From NCBI GenBank assembly GCA_030704615.1, contig CM060732.1, positions 17,918,001 through 17,982,000 on the forward strand: DNA of 64,000 nucleotides, written 5' to 3'. A model generated the notes under the pieces. That model was not told the DNA's origin. It did not search any database and saw nothing but the letters and a program-made list of their open reading frames with translations. Made by a program: the position numbers and the translations under genes. Shown here piece by piece: positions 25,101 to 36,468 of the stretch; the first letter of the stretch is position 1; every line of letters begins with the position of its first letter. This DNA comes from Takakia lepidozioides (Eukaryota; Plantae; Bryophyta).

Positions 25101-28100
25101 ACGAGGAGACCTTTTCTGAGATTGAGAGTGTGTATTTCCTGGAATGCAGGTAGAATCAGCCTTTGAGTTTGCACGTATTTGTCGCAAACTGGACTTCCAC
25201 AACTTTTTGTTTTCAATGAAAGCAAGCAACCCAGTCGTGATGGTGCAAGCTTACCGGCTACTAGTTTCTGAGATGTATGTTAATGGTTGGGACTACCCCC
25301 TCCACTTGGGTGTCACTGAAGCTGGGGAGGGCGAAGATGGCCGCATGAAGTCTGCCATTGGCATTGGTTCTCTGTTGCAGGTCTGATTTCTCTCTCTATA
25401 TTTTGATGGTTCTCTCAGTGGCTGACTGAAGAAAGTCAAGTTGCGAACCTGGCTAAACCTTCTTCTTTTCCGTGTGTTGATTGTGCTTCCCCTCCCATCC
25501 CCCTCCCCCTCTGAAGAGAGCATCAAGCTCATCCATAGCAGATTGAAGGACTAGTCCCTCTCTCCCGTATTGATGGGAACAAGTTATTGCAGGATGGTTT
25601 GGGCGACACAATCCGTGTGTCATTGACAGAAGCTCCAGAGGAGGAGATTGATCCTTGCACCAAACTTGCCAAGCTTGGAATGAAAATTTCCTCACAGCAG
25701 AAGGGAGTAGTGAGTTTCCACCTTCTCTGCATTTCTGGGTGTCTCCCCCCAATCCCCTGTCTTTTGTGTATCTGCTCAGTAGTGCTTCTAGTTCTCTTGA
25801 AGGCAAGGATACACTGTTAAATCATTGGTGGATGTTTTTGACAGCCTGAATTTACGGAGAAGAACCGGCGCTACTTTGACTTTCAGCGCCGGACAGGCCA
25901 GCTGCCAGTGCAGAAGGAGGTGGGTACTGTTGATTGATGTTGGATGTGTATGTATTTCACTACTGAGAGAGATATTGGTACTTAAAAGCTGAAATGTGCC
26001 AGAGAGATGACATAATCTTTCACTCAAAGCGTCTCTGGGGCACAAATCTCTTCCTTTGCATTGACTGTCTTAGTATAAAACGGTTGTGACAACTCTTACC
26101 TAATGTCATGTGTCCAGGACTGAGCTTCAACATAAGAACATGCGTGGAATTTACTTGTAATAGCTGGTTTGATACATACTTCTGCTTGTGGCGCTGAGCT
26201 GTGTCTCAGTAGCATTTATTTGAGCCTGCTCTTCTCACCACTGTCACTATGATGTACCCTTAGGGGCATGTACCATCCACAGGGAGATAGAAAGAGCTCT
26301 GCTTTTTACAAAGGTAATAGAAACGTGTCAGATTCCTAGAATATTTCTCTCTTTGATCTCTGAATGTCAATATGTGAGCATGTATGCAGGGAGAAGAGAT
26401 AGACTACAGAGGAGTGCTGCACCGTGATGGCTCAGTTCTCATGTCTGTCACCCTTGAACAATTAAAGGTATGCACCTGTCCACGAAAACAGGCTGGCTTA
26501 TTGCTTCTAAGGTTGAAAAGAACCCTTTCATGGACTTGTACTGAGACCTTGCATAACTTTGGTGGTCAACCTTTGGCTCCGTACTTGATAAAAATATGCA
26601 AATTTAACAGTTGTAATTGGTTTCGAGTTTTGTCTGTTCAGAGCTCAAGTGACGAGTTTGTCTGTGTTCCTATGTAACTGTGAGATACACGTGTTGTAAC
26701 ATGCCACCTTGTCTATGGCAGAAGCCGGAAGCACTTTACAAGTCACTGGCCACCAAGCTCATTATTGGCATGCCTTACAAGGTATTGTTTCTTTGTCTGA
26801 GTTATGTCTGACAACTTCATTATTGCTGCAAGCAGTAATGTGCAAATAGGTTCAGACTGTGAGGTTCAGAAATCAGGGACAAGCTAGTTGAGTTATCCGA
26901 CCTTCTCTGTCTACATTAGTCCTTTTTAGCAACATGAGTTAATCATGTTACACTGTTGGGTTGATGCAGGATTTGGCAACAGTTGATACCTTGCTTTTGA
27001 ATGAACTTCCTGCTGTTGAAGACAAGCAATCGGTCAGTTAGCCAGGCTCAGCCATGCTGTGATGTTTCCCCCCTTCATCTTGTAGTTATTAATCAGGGCT
27101 TCCATCTACACAACTTTTCTGCTCTAGGATTGAAATGGCACCGCTTTTCTTCCAGAATTTGGTGGACAAATTTGCATGACGGGTGGCCTGAACCCCCTTG
27201 CTTCAGGGAATGTGGCTTTGACGTCGTGATGGCCATGGTCTTGTGAATGGATGCAGAGGCTAGCAGTGAAGAGGTTGACAGACGTTGGCATGGGAGTGTT
27301 GACCCCCTTGGCGGAGCAGTTGGAAAAGCCCCTTCCCTACGCCATGGTCCTCCTCACCCTGGATGAGGTGGCCTCTGGAGCTTACAAGCTGCTACCTGCA
27401 GGTTACTGGTTACTGTATTCTATATATTCATGTCTAGGCAAAAGAATTTGGTTGCATCAATGTGTTCTTTTCTGGGAAAGGTATTGTTTACTTTTTTACT
27501 TGGCTCATTGTCCTGTTGCTGATATGTAGGGGAATCGATTGTTTTTTATGATAACCAGTGCAAGGTCACTGTTAAATCTAAAATAATATGATGATTTTAC
27601 TTGATCATCTAGGTGATACAGATTCTACTCGGCAAGTTCTGAAGTGACATTATTATGTATGTGCTCTCAACAGGAACACGCCTAGCAGTGAAAGTACGCG
27701 GGGATGAACCTTATGAGCAGCTGCAGTTGTTGAAAACAGTGGATGCCACTATGCTGCTGGCATACTTACCTGAGGATGATGAGAAGTCCAGCCGTGTGCA
27801 TGCCTCCCGCAGGTCTGCTGACATAGCATTCTGATAGTGGGCAGAGGGAAGGACGGGGCTAACAGATGTTTGCAAGAAGAAAGATTCAATTCTAGGTGCT
27901 GCTGGAGATAGCTTGCTGAGGTCTTCTGACCATCACTCCATGCAACAAAGGCTCTCTGTTTGTGAGAGAGCATGGAAAGGGATGCAACCTTTGATATAGT
28001 GGTTGGTGTGCTGCAGGTTGTTTGAGTACTTACAAGAGAGCAAGCTGAACTTCCCAGTTATTCATCACTTGAAGTTCCCTGCCAACACTCTAAGGTGAAA

Positions 28101-29766
28101 ATGGCTATGACTGTAAATGAGTTTTGGTTGCAAGCTTTAAGATTCAGTGTAATTCATTGATTTGTTGGCTATAAAGTTGTCTGTTTACTCTTAGCCCTAA
28201 GGGCCCTTGGTTTGTACTTTGTGACAGATGTCTGAAGTGGTTCCACTGTGTGGGGGATTTTTGCAGAGATGATTTGGTGATCAAGGCAGGTGGTGAGGCT
28301 GGTGCATTGCTAGTGGATGGCCTCGGCGATGGAGTGTTGCTGGAGGCCACAGACCTAGACTTTGAGTTCCTAAGAACTACTTCATTTGGCATGCTTCAGG
28401 GCTGCCGCATGCGTAACACCAAGACGGTACACTCATGTTTCTTGTCATGTACAACCAAATGATACAAAGTTCACAGTGGGCAGTATGTTTTTAAGGAGTG
28501 CTGCTCTTGTTACTCTGGTTTCATCCTGTACCTCTCTTCAGTGCAAGCAATGGAGCCAAGGTGGTTGCTCCTGATTGATGCTCTGAATTGAAGTGGTTCA
28601 CAGGCAACTGGCCAAGAGTTCTCTTGTCAAAGACTCGCTGTCCAGATTTGCGAATTTTGAATTAAGGATTTACCATGCACATTTGCATGCTGATCTATCT
28701 CACCATTATGTTTTGTGCTGGGAAAGAACCAAGACCAGAAGTTTTTGTTTCCAAGTTAAAAGCCTGGTGAAAATTCTGATTGTGTTACTCTTGTTAACCT
28801 CTTGCAGGAGTACATATCTTGCCCATCTTGCGGGCGGACTCTCTTTGACCTCCAGGAGATTAGTGCAGAAATTCGGGAAAAGACAGCTCACTTGCCGGGT
28901 GTTTCGGTAGGTCTTTGTGAATATCTGTGAGTTGCTAGTGCAACTTGGCATAGTTCTAAATGGATTGAAGAGCCCGCACTCATAGACAGAAGGGTGCGTT
29001 CATTGTGTATTTGTTCAGGAACAGAAATGACATGCTCAAGTTACTGGTTCACTTTTTGTCTCTTTCTTTTCCACTATATGCTAATTGACACTTGAAATTG
29101 TAGATTGCGATCATGGGCTGTATTGTGAATGGTCCTGGAGAAATGGCGGACGCTGACTTTGGTTATGTGGGTGGCGCTCCTGGGAAAATTGACCTCTATG
29201 TTGGCAAGGTATGCCCTCGCCTCCACTTGTTCTCTCACGCTATGAACTCATCATTGAGCGATTGATTAGGAATCAGTCACTGTCCGAGTAATAGGGCCAG
29301 ATATTGCTGAAAAGTGAAGTATCTACAAACTTGCATAAATCTCTGAAGAAACATCCAAGGGGCCCTCACACTCTGGGCACTAGGCTGACGGTCAGACTAA
29401 ACAGCAAGATGTCTACCTCTATGCAATAAGTTCACGCAGCTGGGAACAAGGGAACCCACTTGTGGTTTGTGATAAAAGCAAGAATTTTCTGATGGATTGC
29501 CAGGGAACTCTTCTGAACATAAGATCCTCTGGGTTCTTGGTGCACCTTCTTCAGACTGATATTTCCATCCAGCTGGCAAGTTTGTCTATGCTCCAATTTG
29601 CACAGAGAGCAAAATTGGCATGTAAACATGTTGGCCTCTTGTTTTTATGCTGCGTACTCTGCAGGAAGTGGTGCGAAGAGGCATTGCAATGGAAACAGCT
29701 ACTGATGCTCTTATTGGTCTGATCAAGGAGAATGGGCAGTGGGTAGACCCCCCTGTTGAGAATTAG
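22179..29766 (+). CDS. ispG: 4-hydroxy-3-methylbut-2-enyl diphosphate synthase (HDS/GcpE), plastid MEP pathway, multi-exon
   Basis: Transit peptide, then [104 protein letters not shown]. Stop TAG at 29764-29766. Confidence 0.97.
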
Positions 29767-31556
29767 ATGACATCAAGTAAGGGCTTGAAAGCCTGAATTA
29801 GTTGGCAGATTCTCTGCCCATTTGTTGTATCACATAATTACCTGTAGGCTGCAGTTTAGTTTGTAGTACAGACTTGATTCAACATTTCTGATTTGTATCT
29901 TCAACTGTAAATGAAACGATAGTTTGAACTAAGCATTTAAAGAGACAACCTCTCTGTTGTACTCCACATAACTTGAATTCTCACCTGCTGCTATCAACTT
30001 TGCAATGAGCTACACTACAGTGGTATTCAATTGTTCCATATCTACGCCCTTAATTCTATTTGAAAGAGGGGGAATGAAAAACTCAGTTCATATGCATAAG
30101 ATGCCACATTGGTTTAGGTCTGTGGGAATTGGCTGGTTGGGTTGCCTCAGCCTTTGCATTGGTCTAGCAGTGAGAAGTTGACTCCTTGCCATATCATATT
30201 AGGATTCCGCTGTATGTTTGTTCTACAAAGTGAGTTCCTTTGCACATAACTACTTGCACAATCAACTCATTTTCAAAATGACTAGGCACTCCAAATTATC
30301 TGCTCCATTGCAGTTTTTTTCTTTGATTTTGAATCAGGCTTGGTTCTCTCCACCTTCTTTGAACTTACAATGCTGCTTCTTTTCCGTCTTGCAAATCTTT
30401 GGCCACCCCCACAACCTCGTTCGCAATGACTAGGCGAGTGAATGAATTCATTCATTCACTCATTGAGTGAATTTCTCAGTTCATTGTTCACAGGTGCGCA
30501 ACTAAGTTTTGTATGTATTTTGCATGAACATGTCATGTGTTCAAGAGACTCACTGATCTTCCATGTATTGCTGTAGCAAAAAAAAAAAAAAATCCTCTTG
30601 GAACATAACCATTGACAATTCACCCCAGAAACAAAAAAACAATAAAAACTACATAACAGCCTTGGCAAGCAGCCATGTTGAGGGAAACAGGCTTGGCATA
30701 AAGGTGGCTTCAACGCCACCTTAATTCCCAGCCCCTATGGAGCACGAGTATACTGTATGTTCTTGTCACGTTAGTAGACTTGTTGCGTTTTTGTACATGA
30801 ATGGAAAAGCTAGATTCTTCAAGATGGATCTTGTTTGGTGGTGGGAAGGCATGCAGGTTGACGCTCAAGTTCTCAATGATTACAGTCCTGTGCAGTGGCC
30901 AGTGGAGACGCCTGGGGACGCTGAGCTTGTAGAATTCAAGGTCCGGCCAAAGATGTCAGAAGAGTAGTTCATGGCTATCATTTTGGATTATGCCTGTCAA
31001 CATCATCAGATACACAGTGAGTTGTTTCCATGTGGTCCTCAGGCTGTAACTTGACCACAGACTTGGAATGTTCACAATTTCATCAAATCTAAGAATCTTG
31101 TTGCTTAAACTCATTTGTCATTTACTCATGGCCCGGAGGCCTTGCTGGGCTAGCTTGCAAACACTCGTTTCGATACATGAACGAATTCGAGTTTGTCATA
31201 GTTGCCTCTGATTTGGCCTTGCCATGAAGCTTGCACCCACACACACTCACACAAATGAAACCTTCCGTTGTTTGCAAACACTTTGATTCAGAAAATTACC
31301 CAAAACAATTAGCATGGTGGATGTTTCTTGCTTGTGTGGTTTGAACAAATCCAATTCATGACCGCTCAGCTGCAAGGCAGGGTGGCACCATTCTCAGTGA
31401 ATTACGTCAGATGTCCTTCAGACATTAGGGGTTAGGGAAGTCCTCTGCATCATTTGAACAATCACCTTGCATGGCCAAGAAGGTCTCTGCAGAATTACAA
31501 ATGGTCACATCAAGTGACACAAATCATTTTGGTTCAATTTTACCGTTTACTGATTG

Positions 31557-32321
31557 ACCTGTACTCCACACAAGAGCAAAACCCATCTCGGAAGAGGTGA
31601 AAGCGGTTGGTGTCTCATACCACAATTCTCGCCCAGTTCACACTCTTTGAAATGAACTGTGTGACAGTCATCACACACCCGAAGGACTCCCGAAGGACCT
31701 TCTTGATGAGACAGAGAAGCATCCTAGGGGATGTGCCAATCAGCCTGAAAGCAATGGCCAGCTTCTCACTTATGACAAGGAGAACCTCCTCCTCCACACC
31801 ATGTAGTACACTGCCCGTGCCAGGCATGTACCCTTCTGCTTCCTCTGCCCAGACAATCTTCTCAGCTCAGCCTGGATTTCCTTCATTTTTCGATGCATGA
31901 GTGTATGCACCATAATGCCAACCTCAATTGATGCAGGAGCAACCTTGCTCCTTTCTGACAACTCTGACCTTCATCATTTCACTCACCTTTGCATAACCAT
32001 CCCACATGCCAGGTGTAGCATAGATGTTTGATAAAAGCACCTTAGTTGCAGCGTGACCCTGTTGTAATTCCCACTTGCCCAAGAAAAGATTTTTCTGCAC
32101 TTTCTGCCACCTCCACATTGCCATGATTTCTGCAGGCACCCAGTAAGGCCCTCCACAAGACAACATGTGGTTCGATTAGTAAAGGCCCCTGCCTCATCCA
32201 ACCGCCCTGCACGGCCAAGAAGGTCCACCATGCAGCCAAAATGCTCCCATCTAGGAGTGAGGCCATGATGTTGGCTCAGGGAATCCCACTGGTTAGGAGT
32301 GAAGCCATCTGTAGTGTCCAC
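31557..32321 (-). pseudogene. Frameshifted remnant of a PPR S2-E1-E2-DYW region
   Basis: [59 protein letters not shown] and RFHLFRDGFCSC are spread over three frames. Confidence 0.9.
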
Positions 32322-33636
32322 CTTAATCCACTACGTTGCTCAATTCTATATTCAAACACAATGCTGTCATATGCAGCAAGCAGGGAAAGAGTCAGTTGTA
32401 CAAGGTCCTTCACACACTGGGCATCTCTGGCCATGCAAATATTATGCTCAAACAGTCTTGAGTCGGCAGTTGTGGTGATTAGGCATGATGAAACTTTGCT
32501 CTTGGTAGAGGTGCAACACAGATATAATGAAAATGAGACTGCTATGTCGGTTGTGATTACTTTTCAGGTGCAATATTTGCACCAAAATATGCATCCACTG
32601 TGGAATTTTGAGGACTGTGCTGGCAATTTTCTCAGAAAATTTGCAACAGAATCGCAGAGATTTTGGCTTGGCAAAACTTAAGCCAAGCGGATTTCCAGTG
32701 CTAAGTGACAGACCAGTATGCTGCAAGATATCTCCTTTCCTATATGCTTCCACCATAGACCATCAAATGTAGAATGGTGGAAAAGAAGGTTGAGAAATTT
32801 AATGAACTGAATTTGAACATGAGTACCTCGATCTCGTGCTCTGAGATGGAGGTGGATTTTGGGGAGTTGTCCACACCAGATTCCGCTTTCAGCACCACTT
32901 CATACGGGCTTCATACTTTCGGTTTGCTTCACAGGGTCCATCCATACTGCCAGACTGTAAGGTGGCACACAAGCCCAGCTTCTTGTACAACCCCAACCCT
33001 ACTTATCATACTGGTTCCTATACTGAATGCGTTTGCTTCTCTCTGTGCTCAAACATGCCACCTCCTGCAAACTGGTCTCCCACAGCATTTGTATTTCACA
33101 GTATGGCTGACGAGGATGTAGCCTCATGATGGAACACAGTGCTCGCAAAATATAAGTTACACAGCATATTTGCGGTCAGAGGATCTCTCAAAAGCGTTTT
33201 GGCTGCCAGGACAGGTCCTCCTCCGACACCGAAGTGGTGAAGTAGTATATTTGAATGTAGAAAACATTGGGGTAATCGCAATCCAGCTACTCCCGCTACA
33301 TTGCGCAAATATCACGCCTCCAGTTCATACTGTGGTGCCTCCTTCAAGAGAGATGATTACGGTAGGTATCGTTACATGGTAGGCACGGTGGTTTAGCAGC
33401 ATCAGTTGCGCGCATTTGTGTACCGAGCATCTGAAACACTGTACACACAAGTGTAAAGGGAGCTTTTGAGACAATTGCAGTGCTAAATGATGATGTTTGG
33501 TGACCGTCCACTTTTCTTCCGTTGACGGTTGAGATGGGTGGGTTCATTGCGTTGAAAGTTGAGTCTCGCGACTGCGGTGGGCCGGATCACTGCAAAGCGC
33601 AAGCGCGGGGGGAGAGAGAAGGTCAATTCCGGGGTG

Positions 33637-35642
33637 ATGGGCATGGCTGGGGAGAAAATCCTACAGTGGGTTGCGGTCGTGGTAGCCTGCCTGCTGTGGT
33701 ATGCGAGTCAAGCAGAAGGGATCCGGTTCGTGATTGACAAGAAAGAGTGTTGGGCGCACGAGGTGGTGTTTGATGGGGACACTGTCCATGTCTCCTTCGT
33801 GGTCATCAAGTATGAACATAGCTGGAACGCTCACCAGCAGATTCAGGGCCTCGATCTTATTGTGCGTTCGATTCTCACTCTCTTTCTGATGCTTGACCGA
33901 TCGTATTCTTTTTTTGGACCTGAGTTGCTAGGGGAATTCTTAGTATGCGTAAAGCAGTTTTGGATTTTACCCCTCTCGCTCTCACACACGTGTACTGGAA
34001 GAACAATGGGGCGAGGCTGGTCTTTCCAGAGCTGGTAGATTTTTTCCATCGGGGAGAAAGAGAGAGAGAGTGGCAGAGACTCTGTGTGTGTATACTGTCA
34101 AAGCAACCGATTCACTTGTTCGTAGGTCCTCTCAAATTTATGACCCCACGATCTCCTGGACATGCGTGTAAATCCACTTACTCTATGGATCGGCAACAGG
34201 CAGACTAAGCATTGTGGCTTCCTCTTTACCTTGCCCTCTTTTGGTCCAAGAGGTGTAGCTCTTCTGATCGACGAGAAAGCGTCTTAGGATATATGTTGGT
34301 AAGATTTTACCTTTGTGCACAATTCGAGAGATCCGAAGAACCGTCTGTCCACTTCAATAACATCGAGTTGAACCCAGTTGCAAGTCACAGGCCAAATTTG
34401 TAAGCCTGTGTTGCTTGCCGGAGCGAATGTAAATCTGTAGGTTTTCTTCGAGCATCTGAAGTATGGCTTAGTAGCAGATGGACAGGCCGACAGTAGACCT
34501 CCCCTCTCTGAATACAGGGGGAACAGTGGACTCTGTGTGTGTATGTCAGAGATTGGAACTTACTTTTCTCAATGTGAGACTGTGCTATTTGAAGAGATTT
34601 CTTGTAAACACTAAGGAGAGGCAGGGATATGTTCTGTGGGCAGGTTGAGGCACCAGCAGGCCACCATATCCACACTGTGAAACAAAAAACAGAGCAGAAA
34701 TTTGAGTTCATTGCACACAGGAAGGGGCTCTACAATTTTTGCTTTTACAACCGAGGTTCTGCACATGAGACTGTTGATTTTGATGTCCATATCGGCCACA
34801 TCCCAATTGTAGAGCATCTCAAGGATGGTGTGTACGTTGAACCCACTCATTTGTCTGGCATTCGCTGTCTTGCAAAGGTGTTGAGCCCACCCTCAGTCAT
34901 GTTTGTCTCTTACTCCCGTCAACGTGACCTACTAACAGACAGCTCTTTGAGATCCAAGAGTGAAATTGTTCATGAGATTTTGTATGCGAACCATGACCCT
35001 TCTGCCTGGTCTGGGTGAAAGAGAAAGGGTGAGGAGGAGAAGATCCTACCAAAGCTCTAATCATACTCTAAAGTTGGAAGAGACTATCATGATAGGACTT
35101 GCAACATGATATGCTGGCAACAATTTTATCCTTGATTGACTGATGTCGTGCTAAATCCTGTGGGCACAGAGCATATTGATCCTTTGATGGCACAGATTGG
35201 AAGGCTTGAGGAGGCGCTCTACTCTGTGGAATTCGAACAGCACTGGCTCCAGGCAACAACTGACCAGCAGGCCTCGAGTGCGCCCTTTACCCTTTCCCTC
35301 ACCTAGGCTGTAGTTCCACCATCTGGCAAAAATTGACCTGTGTGAGTCGAGTTTTTGAAATCACTCTTGTATCACTGCGTTTTTCCTGTTTCTTTCTATG
35401 GATGTTAAATGAAGAGTCACCTTGGCATTTAGTGATTAGGTGCTGTTAAAGGTGTTTGCTTGCATATTTCCCTCACCGCAGACTAAGGCCGCCGGTGGGA
35501 TGGTGCAGTAAATAAGCGAATGAGCAGACGTATACTTTACAAGGCCATTTTGGAATCAGTTGCACTAGTTGCGACTAGTGTTCTCCAAGTTGTCCTACTG
35601 AGGCGTCTCTTTGAGAAGAGGCTGGGCAACTCACGGGTGTAG
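33637..35642 (+). CDS. p24/emp24 GOLD-domain cargo receptor, beta subfamily, 4 exons
   Basis: Signal peptide, GIRFVIDKKEC..GDTVHVSFVVIK, FCFYN..ETVDFDVH, EHIDPLMAQIGRLEEAL..EQHWL, transmembrane helix, tail LFEKRLGNSRV*. Confidence 0.93.
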
Positions 35643-35694
35643 CTTATTTCACATCCTTCAGCAGCTCTCTTTGTCTCTCTGCAGGGTTCTTTTA

Positions 35695-35877
35695 GCCACA
35701 AGGCTACCGGTAGCAGTTTTACAAGTACCTCTCTCTCTCTCAAAGGTAGAGTCCCTCACAGCGGTAGTGCCTGTTCCCTTTTGTTCCACCCAAACTGGGT
35801 GTGGGGTCTATGGCCACAAAGCTACGGCAACGTCGTCTTATGAGTACATTCTCTCTCTCTTTCTCTCTCTCTCTTTC
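35695..35877 (+). mobile_element. Two tandem 5'-truncated LINE 3' ends with (CT)n tails in the p24 3' region
   Basis: gccacaaggctac..gtac(ct)n, followed by aaggtag..cacccaaactgggtg..ggccacaaagctacggcaac..gtcttatgagtacattctctc. Matches 39141-39236. Confidence 0.8.
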
Positions 35878-36468
35878 CATCCAGACTGCGTGCAGTTATC
35901 TAATGTTGGCACCTGTCACTCAGTGGCACATGTTGGTACCTTAGATAACCACAAATCAACTGCCAACTTGGGAGGAATTAAGCACATTGAATGGATCTCT
36001 CTCCTGTCTGGCAGGCCATTGTCTCCTGATGCATGGTCATTCTTTTCCACTTGTGTCATGCTGGTAGGCAAGGTTTAATATCATTCATTTTGTCAACCAT
36101 TATACTTTGTGAGACATGTCTTGCAATTGCATTGAAACAAGAAAGAAGGCCCCAATGCACATCCTACAACTACAACTAGTGAATCACAAATCCAATTGGA
36201 CATACACAATGCTCAAATAGATGGGTGTAAACTGCATTTTTCACAAGTTCTCCCAAGCTTACCACATAGGTAATCATGACCAGATAAATCTGAGGGACGA
36301 CCCTAGGGGCATGGGACTGAGTTAAGAGTGTCTATGTCCAACAAGCATCAGAGTAGTAATGCCTCGCCCTATCTACAATATGTTTTGGCCACATACAATG
36401 TCCTAACTTTATAGAACAGTCACCAAGTAATTGCACTTTGATGTCAACCATCAGTGTTGACCCAAGCC

